Sequence record: DRR723986_18833
Length of the DNA: 47,836 nucleotides
Direction: 5' to 3' (one strand)
The notes under the pieces are model-generated. The model saw nothing but the letters and a program-made list of their open reading frames with translations, was not told where the DNA came from and did no database searches. Shown in pieces: positions 1 to 10,544 of the stretch (the stretch's first letter is position 1; each line of letters begins with the position of its first letter). A program made the position numbers and the translations under genes.

Positions 1-24
1 GGCAACTGGCATCATTGCGGATAA

Positions 25-1413
25 TTACATAATGGAATTGAGATACTTTTCTAGCATAGTATAACCGTCTTGAATTATATTTCGATCACTTGAATCAGAT
101 GGATCAAGTCCATTTTTCTTTTCCCATTCATCTGGCATTCCATCGTGATCTGAATCTGTGAGTGCAGGCAAACTCTTTAATTCAGGCCAGCCACCTACAT
201 CCTCCTGAGTATCTATAATTCCTGATTTTTTTGAAGTATCTGCCAAAGTGATTCTCTTTCTATAGGTACCTCCTTCATAGGTGGTAAAACCGCCTTTCGT
301 TTCATTGACTATTCGGGTATCCACCGCATCCCGCTTAGGCAAAGTAGCCCCAGCATTTGCAAGTACTAAGTCAAATGCTTCTTCAGCGGACTGCTGATTG
401 ATAGGCATTGATTCCCATGGTTTTTCAAGTCTGACATATTGAATATTTGAGTTGCCACCTTGAGGCTGCACCCCACCATCCCAATTGTCAGCCGTGACGC
501 GATCACTACCAATCATCACATTATCAGCAATAAACCATTTACCAAAATCACTGACATCGTTGCGCATGGATGGATTTGCCAGCCTGTGAGAATTTTCACC
601 CGCCTGTGTCGCAGGCCCAGGCTTATAGTAGTTGGCTACCATATTGATGATCGAAAAGGTAAATCGAGGATCCGTACCTTGTTTGTTTTCACCGCCATAG
701 GTGCTGTTATACCCCCAATTATAAACCACATTATTTCTATAATCCGTGTAACCAGAACCCGAAGCCATTCTCGGGTTTCGACTTCCATGATGCGCTAGTA
801 AATTATGGTGATAGCTCCCAAAGTTCGAGCCCCAAATACCACCGAAGCTATGAGCTCCCTTTACATGGTTTGAATCGTGCATACTTTCAGAAATAATACT
901 CCATTGCACCGTAATACTATCATTATGATAAATTGACATGGTTTCATCAACACTCCAGCTGGCCGAAATATGATCCAAAATAAGGTGCTTATTATATCTG
1001 CCTGAAACCGCATCAGCATCATCGCCGGATTCATTTCCCAGTCTAACTCTCAGATACCTTACAATCACATGATCTGCTTCGATTACCAATGGATTTTTTT
1101 TGATACAAATACCATCTCCGGGAGCTGTTTGACCAGCAATAGTGATATATGGATTCTTGATCCGTAAAGCACTTTCGAGTTCTATAGTTCCTGATACCCG
1201 AAATACAACAGTTCGAGGTTCCGATGCTTCCACAGCAGCTCGCAAGCTTCCCTCTCCACTATCGTTAAGGTTGGTGACTTCAAACACTACACCTCCACGA
1301 CCACCTTTCGAGAACTTCCCATATCCTTCTGCTGTGGGGAATGCTAACTGCTGAGAAAATGCCGAAGTGATGGCAATAATGCTTATCACTGCGATTAAAT
1401 TGATTCTTTTCAT
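25..1413 (-). CDS. Secreted pectate lyase, PL1 family (subfamily 2-like)
   Basis: Signal peptide, then AFPTAEGYG...GGRGG..VTNLNDSGEGSLR, TIAGQTAPGDGI, ILDHISASWSVDE, RNPR and a C-terminal DSDHDGMPDEWE motif, typical of Bacteroidota PL1 lyases. Confidence 0.9.
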   Translation of the reverse strand: MKRINLIAVISIIAITSAFSQQLAFPTAEGYGKFSKGGRGGVVFEVTNLNDSGEGSLRAAVEASEPRTVVFRVSGTIELESALRIKNPYITIAGQTAPGDGICIKKNPLVIEADHVIVRYLRVRLGNESGDDADAVSGRYNKHLILDHISASWSVDETMSIYHNDSITVQWSIISESMHDSNHVKGAHSFGGIWGSNFGSYHHNLLAHHGSRNPRMASGSGYTDYRNNVVYNWGYNSTYGGENKQGTDPRFTFSIINMVANYYKPGPATQAGENSHRLANPSMRNDVSDFGKWFIADNVMIGSDRVTADNWDGGVQPQGGNSNIQYVRLEKPWESMPINQQSAEEAFDLVLANAGATLPKRDAVDTRIVNETKGGFTTYEGGTYRKRITLADTSKKSGIIDTQEDVGGWPELKSLPALTDSDHDGMPDEWEKKNGLDPSDSSDRNIIQDGYTMLEKYLNSIM

Positions 1414-1459
1414 AAAAGTGGGACTTATTGTCTTTTCTTTGAATGTGAGTTAGGCACAA

Positions 1460-2755
1460 TTACTTATCAAGCCATTTCCATCTTTCTGCCCAATCCAATA
1501 AAAACTCTTGCCTATGTTTTGAGATTGTTTTAGCTCCCTGTTGATCCTTTATAAAGAGCACCGGATCTAATTTGTCACTATACCACTTATTTCCTAGCTG
1601 ATAATCATCTGGCGAAGCCTTTCCTGGCCAAGGATCCGTACTTATATAACCGCCTTCCAAGCCATCTAATTCAGCAATTGCACTTCGGGTTTTGTAGGTT
1701 CCTTTTTCTGGTTTTTTGGAGCTATACTTTACCCCATACATACCTTCGCCTAAGTAATAGCCTGGCCAGATTTGATTTTGCACTTCCAGTTCAAATACCA
1801 CCGAATCTTCTGAAATACTCAATTCTGGGCCAGTAAACCTCCATTCAATAGTTCCATAAGCAGCTACCGTATCTTCCACAGTACTTCCATCTATAAAAAT
1901 ATTTCGTGAGCTGTGATCAATTTTCTCAAAACTACCTCCCCAGCTTTCACCCATAGGGTCATTTGGATCGCCGCTCATTAGGTAGGCAAGTGACGGGGTA
2001 TCCCCCATTTTGACCCGACCATCATAATACTTGATAAAATCCTTCCCCATAGCACCTCTGCCCTGTATGTAATTGTCATAATAAGCATCACCCTTCACAT
2101 CTTTTGGAGAATCTTCATCCATAAACCAACCTCTGTAAGTTGCATTTGCTTCAATCATCCAGAGATCCGGATGATGCTCAGCTATATAAGAATAGGCATT
2201 AATGCTCCATTTCTTGTTGGGCCCTCCTATCCAATAGACGCGAATATTGTCTTTGATCTCCGGTGCATCGTGGAGTGCCTGTGCGAGATCTTCAATGCCA
2301 CCCCACACAAGTACCCATAGCGGTTGATCACTTTCTTTTTTAGCGCATTGAATAATCCATTCCGATCCTTCTGTAGCAGTAGCAAACCCTTTGAATGGTG
2401 CCGCATCTTTCTCGCCTTGCTTGGTGATATTCCGAAGTGAATTAGGGGAAGGCAGTTCTGGAGCGTGCTTCAGAAGTCGATTGTAATCACTTTCATAATG
2501 CTCAATGATATCCAGAAAATCCTTTTTACTCCCATCACCAAAAGGAGAAGAAACCAAACCTTCAATTTCGAATTGATCAGCATACAACAATAAGTGTATC
2601 ATCGATTGGAAGTCATCCGGATCTGTCCCTCCTATATCTGAACTGATCAACACTCTGGGTTTATGACGCTCGTTTTCAGCAGTATTACAGCTGAGCAATG
2701 TTAAAAAAGCAATCATTACAACCCATTCCATCCCACTAATTATATTTCTATTCAT
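1460..2755 (-). CDS. DUF1593 (Sde182-type nucleoside-hydrolase-like) lipoprotein with a distinct C-terminal domain
   Basis: Lipobox LLSC; PRVLISSDIGGTDPDDFQS..LLLYADQFEIEGLVSS, LWVLVWGG, MGDTPS, WGG motifs. Confidence 0.85.
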   Translation of the reverse strand: MNRNIISGMEWVVMIAFLTLLSCNTAENERHKPRVLISSDIGGTDPDDFQSMIHLLLYADQFEIEGLVSSPFGDGSKKDFLDIIEHYESDYNRLLKHAPELPSPNSLRNITKQGEKDAAPFKGFATATEGSEWIIQCAKKESDQPLWVLVWGGIEDLAQALHDAPEIKDNIRVYWIGGPNKKWSINAYSYIAEHHPDLWMIEANATYRGWFMDEDSPKDVKGDAYYDNYIQGRGAMGKDFIKYYDGRVKMGDTPSLAYLMSGDPNDPMGESWGGSFEKIDHSSRNIFIDGSTVEDTVAAYGTIEWRFTGPELSISEDSVVFELEVQNQIWPGYYLGEGMYGVKYSSKKPEKGTYKTRSAIAELDGLEGGYISTDPWPGKASPDDYQLGNKWYSDKLDPVLFIKDQQGAKTISKHRQEFLLDWAERWKWLDK

Positions 2756-2842
2756 ACGTAAAATTCGTGAAGTTTTGAAACTGAAGATACCATACTAACA
2801 AATAACCAAGTGATTGATGCTATATACCTGCTAATTGACACT

Positions 2843-2850
2843 CAAATGTA
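2843..2850 (-). promoter_or_regulatory. Bacteroidota sigma70 -7 element (TAcaTTTG) for the DUF1593-PL1 operon
   Basis: Plus-strand CAAATGTA matches TAnnTTTG on the minus strand, about 90 bp upstream of the start at 2755; no clear -33 TTTG. Confidence 0.5.
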
Positions 2851-3284
2851 TCAAAAAGAAAGTAAACGAAGAATAAAAAGGAAATAAACGTAAATTTTTA
2901 TCAGTAAATCCTTTGTTTATTTTTATTATTAGCTAGATTTACCCTATAAATAGCTTCAAACACTTATTATTTATTTCATATACTTTCGATATTGTGAGAT
3001 TACCAATAAAGCTATGGGGTTCGCCAGAGAGTCAAATGATAAAGTAAAGTCTGCGGGAATCACTAAACATACTAATGAACAATAAATAGATTGGCCTAGA
3101 GGGTTAGAAGGGAGAACTCTGCTGATAGCAGGAGGGCTCCCCTCTTTTTGAATGGCACTAACAATTTCCTAAGTCACAAACTTCCATTCTGTTCACAATT
3201 ACAACTCGAATTTAGATCAGATATAGGTTTGAGAATATTTTGCGAAAGCAAACAAAATGAAAAGCTTAAGTTTTCGAAATAGGT

Positions 3285-3292
3285 TACTTTTG
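3285..3292 (+). promoter_or_regulatory. Bacteroidota sigma70 -7 element (TActTTTG) for the DeoR operon
   Basis: Exact TAnnTTTG match 25 bp upstream of the ATG at 3318. Confidence 0.55.
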
Positions 3293-3317
3293 TTTTTCAC
3301 CAAGAAACAAAAATTCC

Positions 3318-4094
3318 ATGCTCCCTAAACAAAGAAAAGAAAAGATACTAGAACTGCTTAAAGAAGATGGATCCGCTAAGGTCATTGATCTGGCTAGGAT
3401 CTTTAAAGTAACTGAAGTTACCATTCGACAGGACCTGGAAAAACTAGAGAAAAATGGATTGGTAAATCGGGAACATGGCGGCGTACATCTAAAAGATGTG
3501 GAAAATAAGGTCCGTAACTTCTCTTTGGTACATCAAGACAATCTAAAGGAAAAAGAAATCATCGCAGAAAAATGCCTTGAATTCATCCAACCGGGCGACA
3601 CCATTATTCTAGACTCTGGTTCTACTACCACGGAAATCGCTAAAAAAATTGTAAACATCAAAGGGCTCACAGTAATTACCAACGCTCTGAATATTGCACT
3701 AATGCTTGGCGCTAATCCAAATATTGACATCATCATGACAGGGGGAGAATTCAAAGCACCTACCCTTTCATTGACAGGACAAAAGGCCGCAGATTTCTTT
3801 AAAGGGCTGAATGTCCAAAAACTCTTTCTAGCAACTGCCGGAATATCACTGAAATCAGGGCTTACCTATCCTAGTCTTAGTGACCTAGTTGTCAAAAAAG
3901 CAATGATTGATGCGGCAGACACTACTTATCTAGTAGCAGACTCTTCCAAAATCGGAAAAAGTGCCTTTGCTAGTCTGGGAGCGCTTTCTCTAATAGATTA
4001 TATCATTACAGATGAGGGGGTAGAAAATAAACATAAGGAAGTTTTTAAGGAACACGACATCCAATTAATCATCGCAGAAGACACATCTAAATAA
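3318..4094 (+). CDS. DeoR/GlpR-family transcriptional repressor
   Basis: N-terminal HTH VTEVTIRQDLEKLE..RxHGG; sensor domain IILDSGSTT, VITNALNIA, ADSSKIG. Confidence 0.95.
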   Translation: MLPKQRKEKILELLKEDGSAKVIDLARIFKVTEVTIRQDLEKLEKNGLVNREHGGVHLKDVENKVRNFSLVHQDNLKEKEIIAEKCLEFIQPGDTIILDSGSTTTEIAKKIVNIKGLTVITNALNIALMLGANPNIDIIMTGGEFKAPTLSLTGQKAADFFKGLNVQKLFLATAGISLKSGLTYPSLSDLVVKKAMIDAADTTYLVADSSKIGKSAFASLGALSLIDYIITDEGVENKHKEVFKEHDIQLIIAEDTSK

Positions 4095-4119
4095 GCACTA
4101 GTCAGCTATATCACACGTA

Positions 4120-5535
4120 ATGAAAAAGCAAAATATAACTTTAGGGGTAATCATTGGGAACCGAGACTTTTTTCCGGATAAACTGGTGACAGAGGCAAGG
4201 ATAGAAGTACTGAAAATGCTGGGTGAACAAGGAATTCAAACAATTATTCTGGATGAGACAGACACCAAACTTGGTGGAGTAGAAACCTATACTGATGCAA
4301 GAAAATGCGCAGACCTATTCAAGAAACATAAAGATGCTATAGCCGGGGTTTTGGTGGTTCTTCCAAATTTCGGAGATGAAAGAGGAATTGCCGATACCTT
4401 ACACCTAGCGGACTTGAAAGTACCCGTACTTATCCAAGGCTACCCAGATGAACTTAATAAGCTTAATGTAGCAAATCGCCGAGATTCTTGGTGTGGCAAG
4501 ATTTCCGTTTGTAACAACCTTTATCAATACGGCATCAAATATTCAATCACTACCAAGCATGTCGTCCATCCTACCGATCCTTCGTTTTTAGCGGATCTAA
4601 AGCAGTTTCTGGGTGTCTGCCGTGTAGTAAAAGGAATGAAAAATGTGCGTATCGGAGCAATTGGAGCAAGACCAACTGCCTTTAATACTGTACGATACAG
4701 CGAAAAAATTCTTCAGAAAAATGGAATCTCTGTAGTTACCTGCGACCTGTCTGAGATACTAGGTTACGCCAATAAACTGGACAAATCTGATCAACGCGTA
4801 AAAGATCATTTGGAGAAAATCCACAACTACGCTTCCACAGGTAAAACTCCTAGCGAATCTCTAATTCAAATGGCCAAGCTGGATGTTGTACTGAATGATT
4901 TTATGACCGAAAATCAACTGGATGCTAATGCCATTCAGTGTTGGACTTCTTTGCAGCAAAATTTTGGATGTAATGTCTGCACCAGCTCCAGCATGTTTAG
5001 CGAGGGAATGATTCCTAGCGCCTGCGAGGTAGATGTCACAGGAACACTCAGTATGTATGCCATGCAATTGGCTTCTGGCTCCCCGAGTGCATTAGTGGAT
5101 TGGAACAATAACTACGCAGATGATGATGAGAAATGTGTGCTTTTCCACTGTGGAAACTGGGCAAAATCATTTCTACCAGACATTGAAATCAGTAATGCCC
5201 CTATCCTAGGGACTACTGTAGGAGTGGAAAACACCTACGGCGCTTTGGATGGACGCACCCCGGCTTCCCCATTGACTTTTGGTAGAATCAGCACGGACGA
5301 TACCAGAGGAATCATGAAAGCTTATGTTGGTGATGGGGTATTAACCGATGATGAATTGAAAACATTCGGAAACCGAGCAGTGGCCAAAATCCCTAACCTT
5401 CAAGGTTTGATGAAGCACATCTGCAAAAATGGCTTTGAACATCACGTAGTAATGAATGCGTCACATACATCCGACGCACTTAAGGAAGCATTTGAAAACT
5501 ATATGGGATGGGAAGTATACCATCACGAAGGGTAG
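4120..5535 (+). CDS. L-fucose/L-arabinose isomerase-family protein; candidate D-apiose isomerase
   Basis: LPNFGDE, DSWCGKIS, IQCWTS, ACEVD, FHCGN and GFEHH metal-ligand motifs of the FucI/AraA family; the substrate is inferred from context. Confidence 0.8.
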   Translation: MKKQNITLGVIIGNRDFFPDKLVTEARIEVLKMLGEQGIQTIILDETDTKLGGVETYTDARKCADLFKKHKDAIAGVLVVLPNFGDERGIADTLHLADLKVPVLIQGYPDELNKLNVANRRDSWCGKISVCNNLYQYGIKYSITTKHVVHPTDPSFLADLKQFLGVCRVVKGMKNVRIGAIGARPTAFNTVRYSEKILQKNGISVVTCDLSEILGYANKLDKSDQRVKDHLEKIHNYASTGKTPSESLIQMAKLDVVLNDFMTENQLDANAIQCWTSLQQNFGCNVCTSSSMFSEGMIPSACEVDVTGTLSMYAMQLASGSPSALVDWNNNYADDDEKCVLFHCGNWAKSFLPDIEISNAPILGTTVGVENTYGALDGRTPASPLTFGRISTDDTRGIMKAYVGDGVLTDDELKTFGNRAVAKIPNLQGLMKHICKNGFEHHVVMNASHTSDALKEAFENYMGWEVYHHEG

Positions 5536-5630
5536 TTTATCATCCAAGAATCCTTCCTTCAATTGAGACCAAACTTTTCATACTAATGAAAACCAGTTTA
5601 GCACAAACTGCTAATTAATAAGAACCGAAC

Positions 5631-6455
5631 ATGACAGATAAAGATTTGAAACTGAAGTCTGTATTTCTGAGAAAAAACCTTCTCAAGTACATTTATAAAG
5701 CAAAAGCTGGTCATACAGGAGGAAGCCTGTCATGTGTGGACATCCTCAATGTACTCTATAACAGAGTGCTAAATGTAGATCCAAGCAATTTCAAAAACCC
5801 AGATCGTGATCGCTACATACAAAGTAAAGGTCATTGTGTAGAAGCCCTTTTTGTGACCTTGGCGGATCGCGGTTTTTTTCCAGAATCTGATCTGGAAACT
5901 CTTTGTCAATACCAATCCCACTACATCGGCCATCCAACCAAAAAGGTGAATGGTGTAGAGCAAAATACCGGAGCATTGGGTCATGGATTACCTATTTGTG
6001 TGGGAGAAGCAATAGCGGCTAAACTGGATAAAAAAACGCATAGAATATTTACGCTTTTAGGAGATGGGGAATTGCCTGAGGGCTCAAACTGGGAAGCATT
6101 TCTATCCGCTTCCCATTACAAGCTGGATAATTTATACGCCATTCTGGACAACAACAAGCAGCAGATTACCGGGTCCAATCAAGAGGTGATGAATACAGAT
6201 TCCCTACGGGACAAATTGGAAGCTTTCGGTTGGTCAGTACGGGAAGTAGACGGACATAACCTAGCTGAACTGGAGGAGGCGTTAAATACCGGTCCTTTCG
6301 AAGTTGGTAAGCCCAATTTCATAATTGCCCATACCATTAAAGGTAAAGGAATCAGCTACATGGAACGCGTACTAAAATGGCACCATGGTGTACCAAGCCC
6401 AGAGCAGTACGACTTAGCATTATCAGAATTAGACGCGGCGGAAGCATTAATCTAA
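5631..6455 (+). CDS. Transketolase N-terminal (TPP-binding) subunit; probable apulose-4-phosphate transketolase subunit A
   Basis: GHTGGSLS, DRYIQSKGH, TGALGHGL, GDGELPEGSNWEA...DNN TPP motif, KWHH. Confidence 0.9.
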   Translation: MTDKDLKLKSVFLRKNLLKYIYKAKAGHTGGSLSCVDILNVLYNRVLNVDPSNFKNPDRDRYIQSKGHCVEALFVTLADRGFFPESDLETLCQYQSHYIGHPTKKVNGVEQNTGALGHGLPICVGEAIAAKLDKKTHRIFTLLGDGELPEGSNWEAFLSASHYKLDNLYAILDNNKQQITGSNQEVMNTDSLRDKLEAFGWSVREVDGHNLAELEEALNTGPFEVGKPNFIIAHTIKGKGISYMERVLKWHHGVPSPEQYDLALSELDAAEALI

Positions 6456-6461
6456 CGAATC

Positions 6462-7430
6462 ATGGAATTAGATAAAATTATAGAGACAGACTTGAAAATG
6501 GGAAGCGCAAACCAGGAGGTTTTCGCTGATACATTGGAATCATTAGCCGCCATAGATAAATCGATCATCGTGGTGACAAGTGACTCCCGAGGTTCAGGAA
6601 AACTCGTTCCCTTCGGTCAAAAATTCCCGGAGCAGATTGTAGAAGTAGGTATTGCTGAGCAAAATCTTGTTGGCGTAGCTGCTGGCTTGGCATCTGCAGG
6701 AAAGAAAACATTTGCCATTTCTCCGGCTTGCTTTCTTACTGCACGAGCTTTGGAACAAATCAAAAACGATGTAGCCTATTCCGACAACCCAGTCAAACTG
6801 GTAGGAATCAGTGCGGGAGTAAGCTACGGGGCACTTGGAACTACTCACCATAGTCTACATGATTTTGCCGTGCTTCGAGCGATCAATAATATCATCATTG
6901 TCGTACCGGCTGACAATTTCGAAACGGAACAAGCTGTACTATTAGCCGCGAAGCTAGATCAACCGATTTATCTCCGATTTGGCAAAAAACTCATGCCTTT
7001 TCTATCTGAAGAAAACCAAGAGTTTGAATTTGGAAAAGGTCGAATTGTACGTGAAGGAAATGATCTCACCATCATCGCAAACGGTGAAACTGTCTACCCT
7101 GCATGGCAGGCTGCAAAAGCTTTGGAAGAAAAGCATGGGGTCTCTGCCAGAGTAATAAGTATGCATACAATCAAGCCATTAGACACAGCACTTTTGGATG
7201 AATTGGCTGCTGAAGGCAGACCAATTATCACAGTGGAAGAACACATGGTAAACGGAGGATTGGGCGAAGCCTGCGCTTCCTACCTTTTCCAAAAAGGAGC
7301 CAGAAACCGATTCCATATCATCGGAATACCAGATGAATATACCGTGACAGGTTCACAGGGAGAAATCTTCAATCACTACGGCATATCCCGAGATGGTATT
7401 TTGGCGCAGGCCGAAACACTTTTGAAATAA
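6462..7430 (+). CDS. Transketolase C-terminal (pyrimidine-binding) subunit; probable apulose-4-phosphate transketolase subunit B
   Basis: [38 protein letters not shown]; starts 6 bp after subunit A. Confidence 0.9.
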   Translation: MELDKIIETDLKMGSANQEVFADTLESLAAIDKSIIVVTSDSRGSGKLVPFGQKFPEQIVEVGIAEQNLVGVAAGLASAGKKTFAISPACFLTARALEQIKNDVAYSDNPVKLVGISAGVSYGALGTTHHSLHDFAVLRAINNIIIVVPADNFETEQAVLLAAKLDQPIYLRFGKKLMPFLSEENQEFEFGKGRIVREGNDLTIIANGETVYPAWQAAKALEEKHGVSARVISMHTIKPLDTALLDELAAEGRPIITVEEHMVNGGLGEACASYLFQKGARNRFHIIGIPDEYTVTGSQGEIFNHYGISRDGILAQAETLLK

Positions 7431-7446
7431 CAATAACCCACCCAAA

Positions 7447-8406
7447 ATGACCTATTTCAAACCCATAAAAATTGTATGCCTGCTCCTCTTCACCGCTATA
7501 TTATTCAGCTGCCAAAAGCAAAAGTCTGAAAAGCAGGATCAGCCTAAAAAAGTAGCCGTCATCGTTTCATCACTCAATAACCCATGGTTTGTAGTGCTAG
7601 CAGAGACTGCTGCCAACCATGCCATAGAGCTAGGATTTGAGGCTACTATTTTTGATTCCCAAAATAATACCGCACTGGAGACAGATCACTTTGAAAATGC
7701 GATCTCTTCAGGCTACGACGCTATACTTTTCAATCCCACAGATGCGGATGGCTCGATCGCGAATGTGAGAATTGCCAAAAAAGCTGAAATCCCTGTATTC
7801 TGCATGGATCGTGAGATCAACGCTACGGACGCAGCAACCAGTCAAATCCTCTCAGACAGCTACGCGGGATGCGTAGCTATAGGCAAATACTTCGTTGAGA
7901 AGTTGAATAAAAGTGGAAAGTACGTAGAAATCTTGGGCTTAGTCGGAGACAATAATACCTGGAGTCGCTCGAAAGGATTTCACTCTGTAGTCGATAACTA
8001 TCCTGAGCTGCAGATGGTCGCTCAGCAAAATGCTGACTTTGACAGAAACAAAGCCATGGAAGTAATGGAGTCTATTTTACAGGTACATCCAGATATCAAA
8101 GGAGTCTTCTGCGGCAATGACGGCATGGCCATGGGAGCTTACCAAGCTTTGGTGGCTGCAGGAAAGGCAGAGCAAGTCATGGTTTTCGGCTTTGACGGAG
8201 CAAGCGATGTGATCACCTCCATCGAGCAGAAAAAAATCCTAGCTACGGGAATGCAATTCCCAAAGCTAATCGCAAGAACAGCCGCCAATTATGCATTGGA
8301 GTACTTCAATGGCAAACGGGATTTCGCACAAAAAGTCCCTGTGACTGTAGAAATGGTCAATCAAGAAAATGTACATGAGTACGAAGCCTACGGAAGCGAT
8401 GAATAA
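7447..8406 (+). CDS. Sugar ABC transporter substrate-binding lipoprotein (RbsB-like; candidate D-apiose-binding protein)
   Basis: Lipobox [31 protein letters not shown] motifs of the Peripla_BP_4 family. Confidence 0.9.
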   Translation: MTYFKPIKIVCLLLFTAILFSCQKQKSEKQDQPKKVAVIVSSLNNPWFVVLAETAANHAIELGFEATIFDSQNNTALETDHFENAISSGYDAILFNPTDADGSIANVRIAKKAEIPVFCMDREINATDAATSQILSDSYAGCVAIGKYFVEKLNKSGKYVEILGLVGDNNTWSRSKGFHSVVDNYPELQMVAQQNADFDRNKAMEVMESILQVHPDIKGVFCGNDGMAMGAYQALVAAGKAEQVMVFGFDGASDVITSIEQKKILATGMQFPKLIARTAANYALEYFNGKRDFAQKVPVTVEMVNQENVHEYEAYGSDE

Positions 8407-9022
8407 TAAAGCTATAAAATATGGCATTGGAGTAGTTGCATTAGCTCTTGTGGGTTATAATTCAATCTATATCCAGCCTCTAGACCAAAAGCTGGCAGAA
8501 AATCAGCAAACTGTTTTCAATGCGAAAGCCTATGTAGATGGCATCTGGAATCAGGATCTCTCAAAGGCTTACCAAGATTGCTCTGATATATCTCAACTAA
8601 TTGACAGTTTCAATCAGGACGTAAACAGCACATTTGAGAAAAATAGTCATGCCTTAGGTATTGGCAATATTGGCTATTTCCGGGTGAAAGGAGAAGGCAT
8701 AGTCAGCGCTGTAAATGAAAACAATGTGCTGCTTCAAGTAGGCAGTTCTATCATAGAAATTGAAACGGAATTCATTTTTGGAAATGCCCTCCGTGATGCT
8801 TCAGGATTGGTCAAAATCAATGATTACGAAGATACTGCGGATTTTAACAGCATCTCTGAGGCAATGAATGACAGGATTCGTCAAGAAGTAATACCAAGCT
8901 TCAGATCCAAAGTGAAAAACGGCGATTCAGTGAAGTTTGAAGGAGCTATTGAACTCAACAAAGTTCATTTGAATCTAGACCAACTCGAGGTTATTCCATT
9001 TACTCTCCAAATCTCCTCCTAG
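8399..9022 (+). CDS. DUF2291-family protein (ABC sugar transporter accessory)
   Basis: [11 protein letters not shown]...F..ISEAMN and VKFEGA motifs; lies between the SBP and the ATPase. Start moved to ATG 8399, which overlaps the end of the SBP gene; N-terminal hydrophobic anchor. Confidence 0.8.
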   Translation: MNNKAIKYGIGVVALALVGYNSIYIQPLDQKLAENQQTVFNAKAYVDGIWNQDLSKAYQDCSDISQLIDSFNQDVNSTFEKNSHALGIGNIGYFRVKGEGIVSAVNENNVLLQVGSSIIEIETEFIFGNALRDASGLVKINDYEDTADFNSISEAMNDRIRQEVIPSFRSKVKNGDSVKFEGAIELNKVHLNLDQLEVIPFTLQISS

Positions 9023-9023
9023 C

Positions 9024-10544
9024 ATGACGGCACTATTGGAAGTAAAAGAAATAACCAAAAAGTTCTCTGGAGTTACTGCCCTCAGTAATGTCAATCTCAG
9101 TCTGGAAGGAGGAAAAGTAACCGCATTAATCGGTGAAAACGGCGCAGGAAAATCTACCCTTTTGAAAATCATGTCAGGAATTTATACTGATTTTGAGGGA
9201 CAAATGCTCTTTAAAGGCCAAGAAATTAAATTCTCCAGACCTAAGGACGCTCAGGAAATGGGAATTGGAATTATTCACCAAGAGTTAAATCTGATTCCTT
9301 ACCTGACAGTAGCTCAAAACATCTTCTTGGGAAGAGAGTTGGTCAATGCATTTGGCTTTTTGGAGCGCGAGAAAATGATCAACAAGACTAAAGCTTTACT
9401 TAGCAGACTCAAACTGGAAGTAGAACCAACAGCCTTGGTAGGTACATTGAAAGTTGGCCAACAGCAAATCGTAGAAATCGCCAAAGCCCTGCTCACAGAA
9501 TCTGAGGTAGTTTTTATGGACGAGCCTACTTCAGCCATCGGGGAAAGCGAAGTGGAAGTTCTCTTCGAAATCATCAATAAACTAAAAGCAGAGGGTAAAG
9601 CCATTGTCTATATCTCGCACAAACTGGATGAGCTTTTTGCATTAGCAGATGATTTTGTAGTGCTGCGGGATGGGAAAGTGGTCGGTCAAGGGGGAGTTTC
9701 AGAAATATCCCGTGCCCAACTCATTAATATGATGGCAGGGCGTGAAGTGAAAGTGGTCAAAAAATCCACCAAAAACTGTACAGAAGAGAAAGTCTTAGAA
9801 GTCAAAAACCTTGGTTTACTCAATCCTGAAAATCCACAACGTCCTTTACTAAAAGATATTAGTTTCGATTTATGCAAAGGAGAAGTCCTGGGAGTTTATG
9901 GATTGATGGGAGCAGGAAGAACAGAGCTCTGCGAAAGTCTCTTTGGGCTTAATCACCGCAAATTGACAGGATCTATCCTACTCAACGGCCATAAAACAGG
10001 CTTCAAAAGTCCCATTGAAGCAATTGATGCGGGTATGGCTCTGGTACCTGAAGACCGCAAAAAAGATGGGATTGTAGCAGGAATGTCAGTTTCAAAAAAC
10101 CTAAGCCTTACCGTGATCGAGAAGGTCAGCAAATTCGGATTTCTGAGCGATGCCCTACATACCAAACTCTATGACAAACATGTCGCTTCCCTGAAAATCA
10201 AAGTTCACAACGAAGATCAAGCAATCAAAAATCTGAGTGGCGGAAATCAGCAAAAAGTAATATTAGGTAAGTGGATAGAGCGAAACCCCACCGTGCTCAT
10301 GCTGGACGAACCTACGCGTGGAATAGATATAAATGCCAAAAATGAAATCTATGAGCTTATCGCTCGACTAAGCGCTTCTGGTATTTCCATTCTGGTTATT
10401 TCTTCTGAAATCCCCGAAATACTGGCTATTTCAGACAGAATATTAGTCATGTCTGAAGGTGAAATCACCGCCGAGTTTTCGAGTGAAGAAGCCACCGAAA
10501 CTAACATAATGAATGCCTGCATCCCTGAAAACATGAATCAATGA
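9024..10544 (+). CDS. Sugar ABC transporter ATP-binding protein (RbsA-like, two ABC domains)
   Basis: Walker A GENGAGKST, MDEPT, YISHK, PEDRK, LSGGNQQK, LDEPTRGID. Confidence 0.95.
   Translation: MTALLEVKEITKKFSGVTALSNVNLSLEGGKVTALIGENGAGKSTLLKIMSGIYTDFEGQMLFKGQEIKFSRPKDAQEMGIGIIHQELNLIPYLTVAQNIFLGRELVNAFGFLEREKMINKTKALLSRLKLEVEPTALVGTLKVGQQQIVEIAKALLTESEVVFMDEPTSAIGESEVEVLFEIINKLKAEGKAIVYISHKLDELFALADDFVVLRDGKVVGQGGVSEISRAQLINMMAGREVKVVKKSTKNCTEEKVLEVKNLGLLNPENPQRPLLKDISFDLCKGEVLGVYGLMGAGRTELCESLFGLNHRKLTGSILLNGHKTGFKSPIEAIDAGMALVPEDRKKDGIVAGMSVSKNLSLTVIEKVSKFGFLSDALHTKLYDKHVASLKIKVHNEDQAIKNLSGGNQQKVILGKWIERNPTVLMLDEPTRGIDINAKNEIYELIARLSASGISILVISSEIPEILAISDRILVMSEGEITAEFSSEEATETNIMNACIPENMNQ

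Noticed and set aside
3068-5590. 12-mer CATACTAATGAA in two intergenic regions (3068-3079 and 5579-5590)
   Set aside because: Only two copies of an AT-rich word, no symmetry and no consistent position relative to promoters; chance cannot be excluded.
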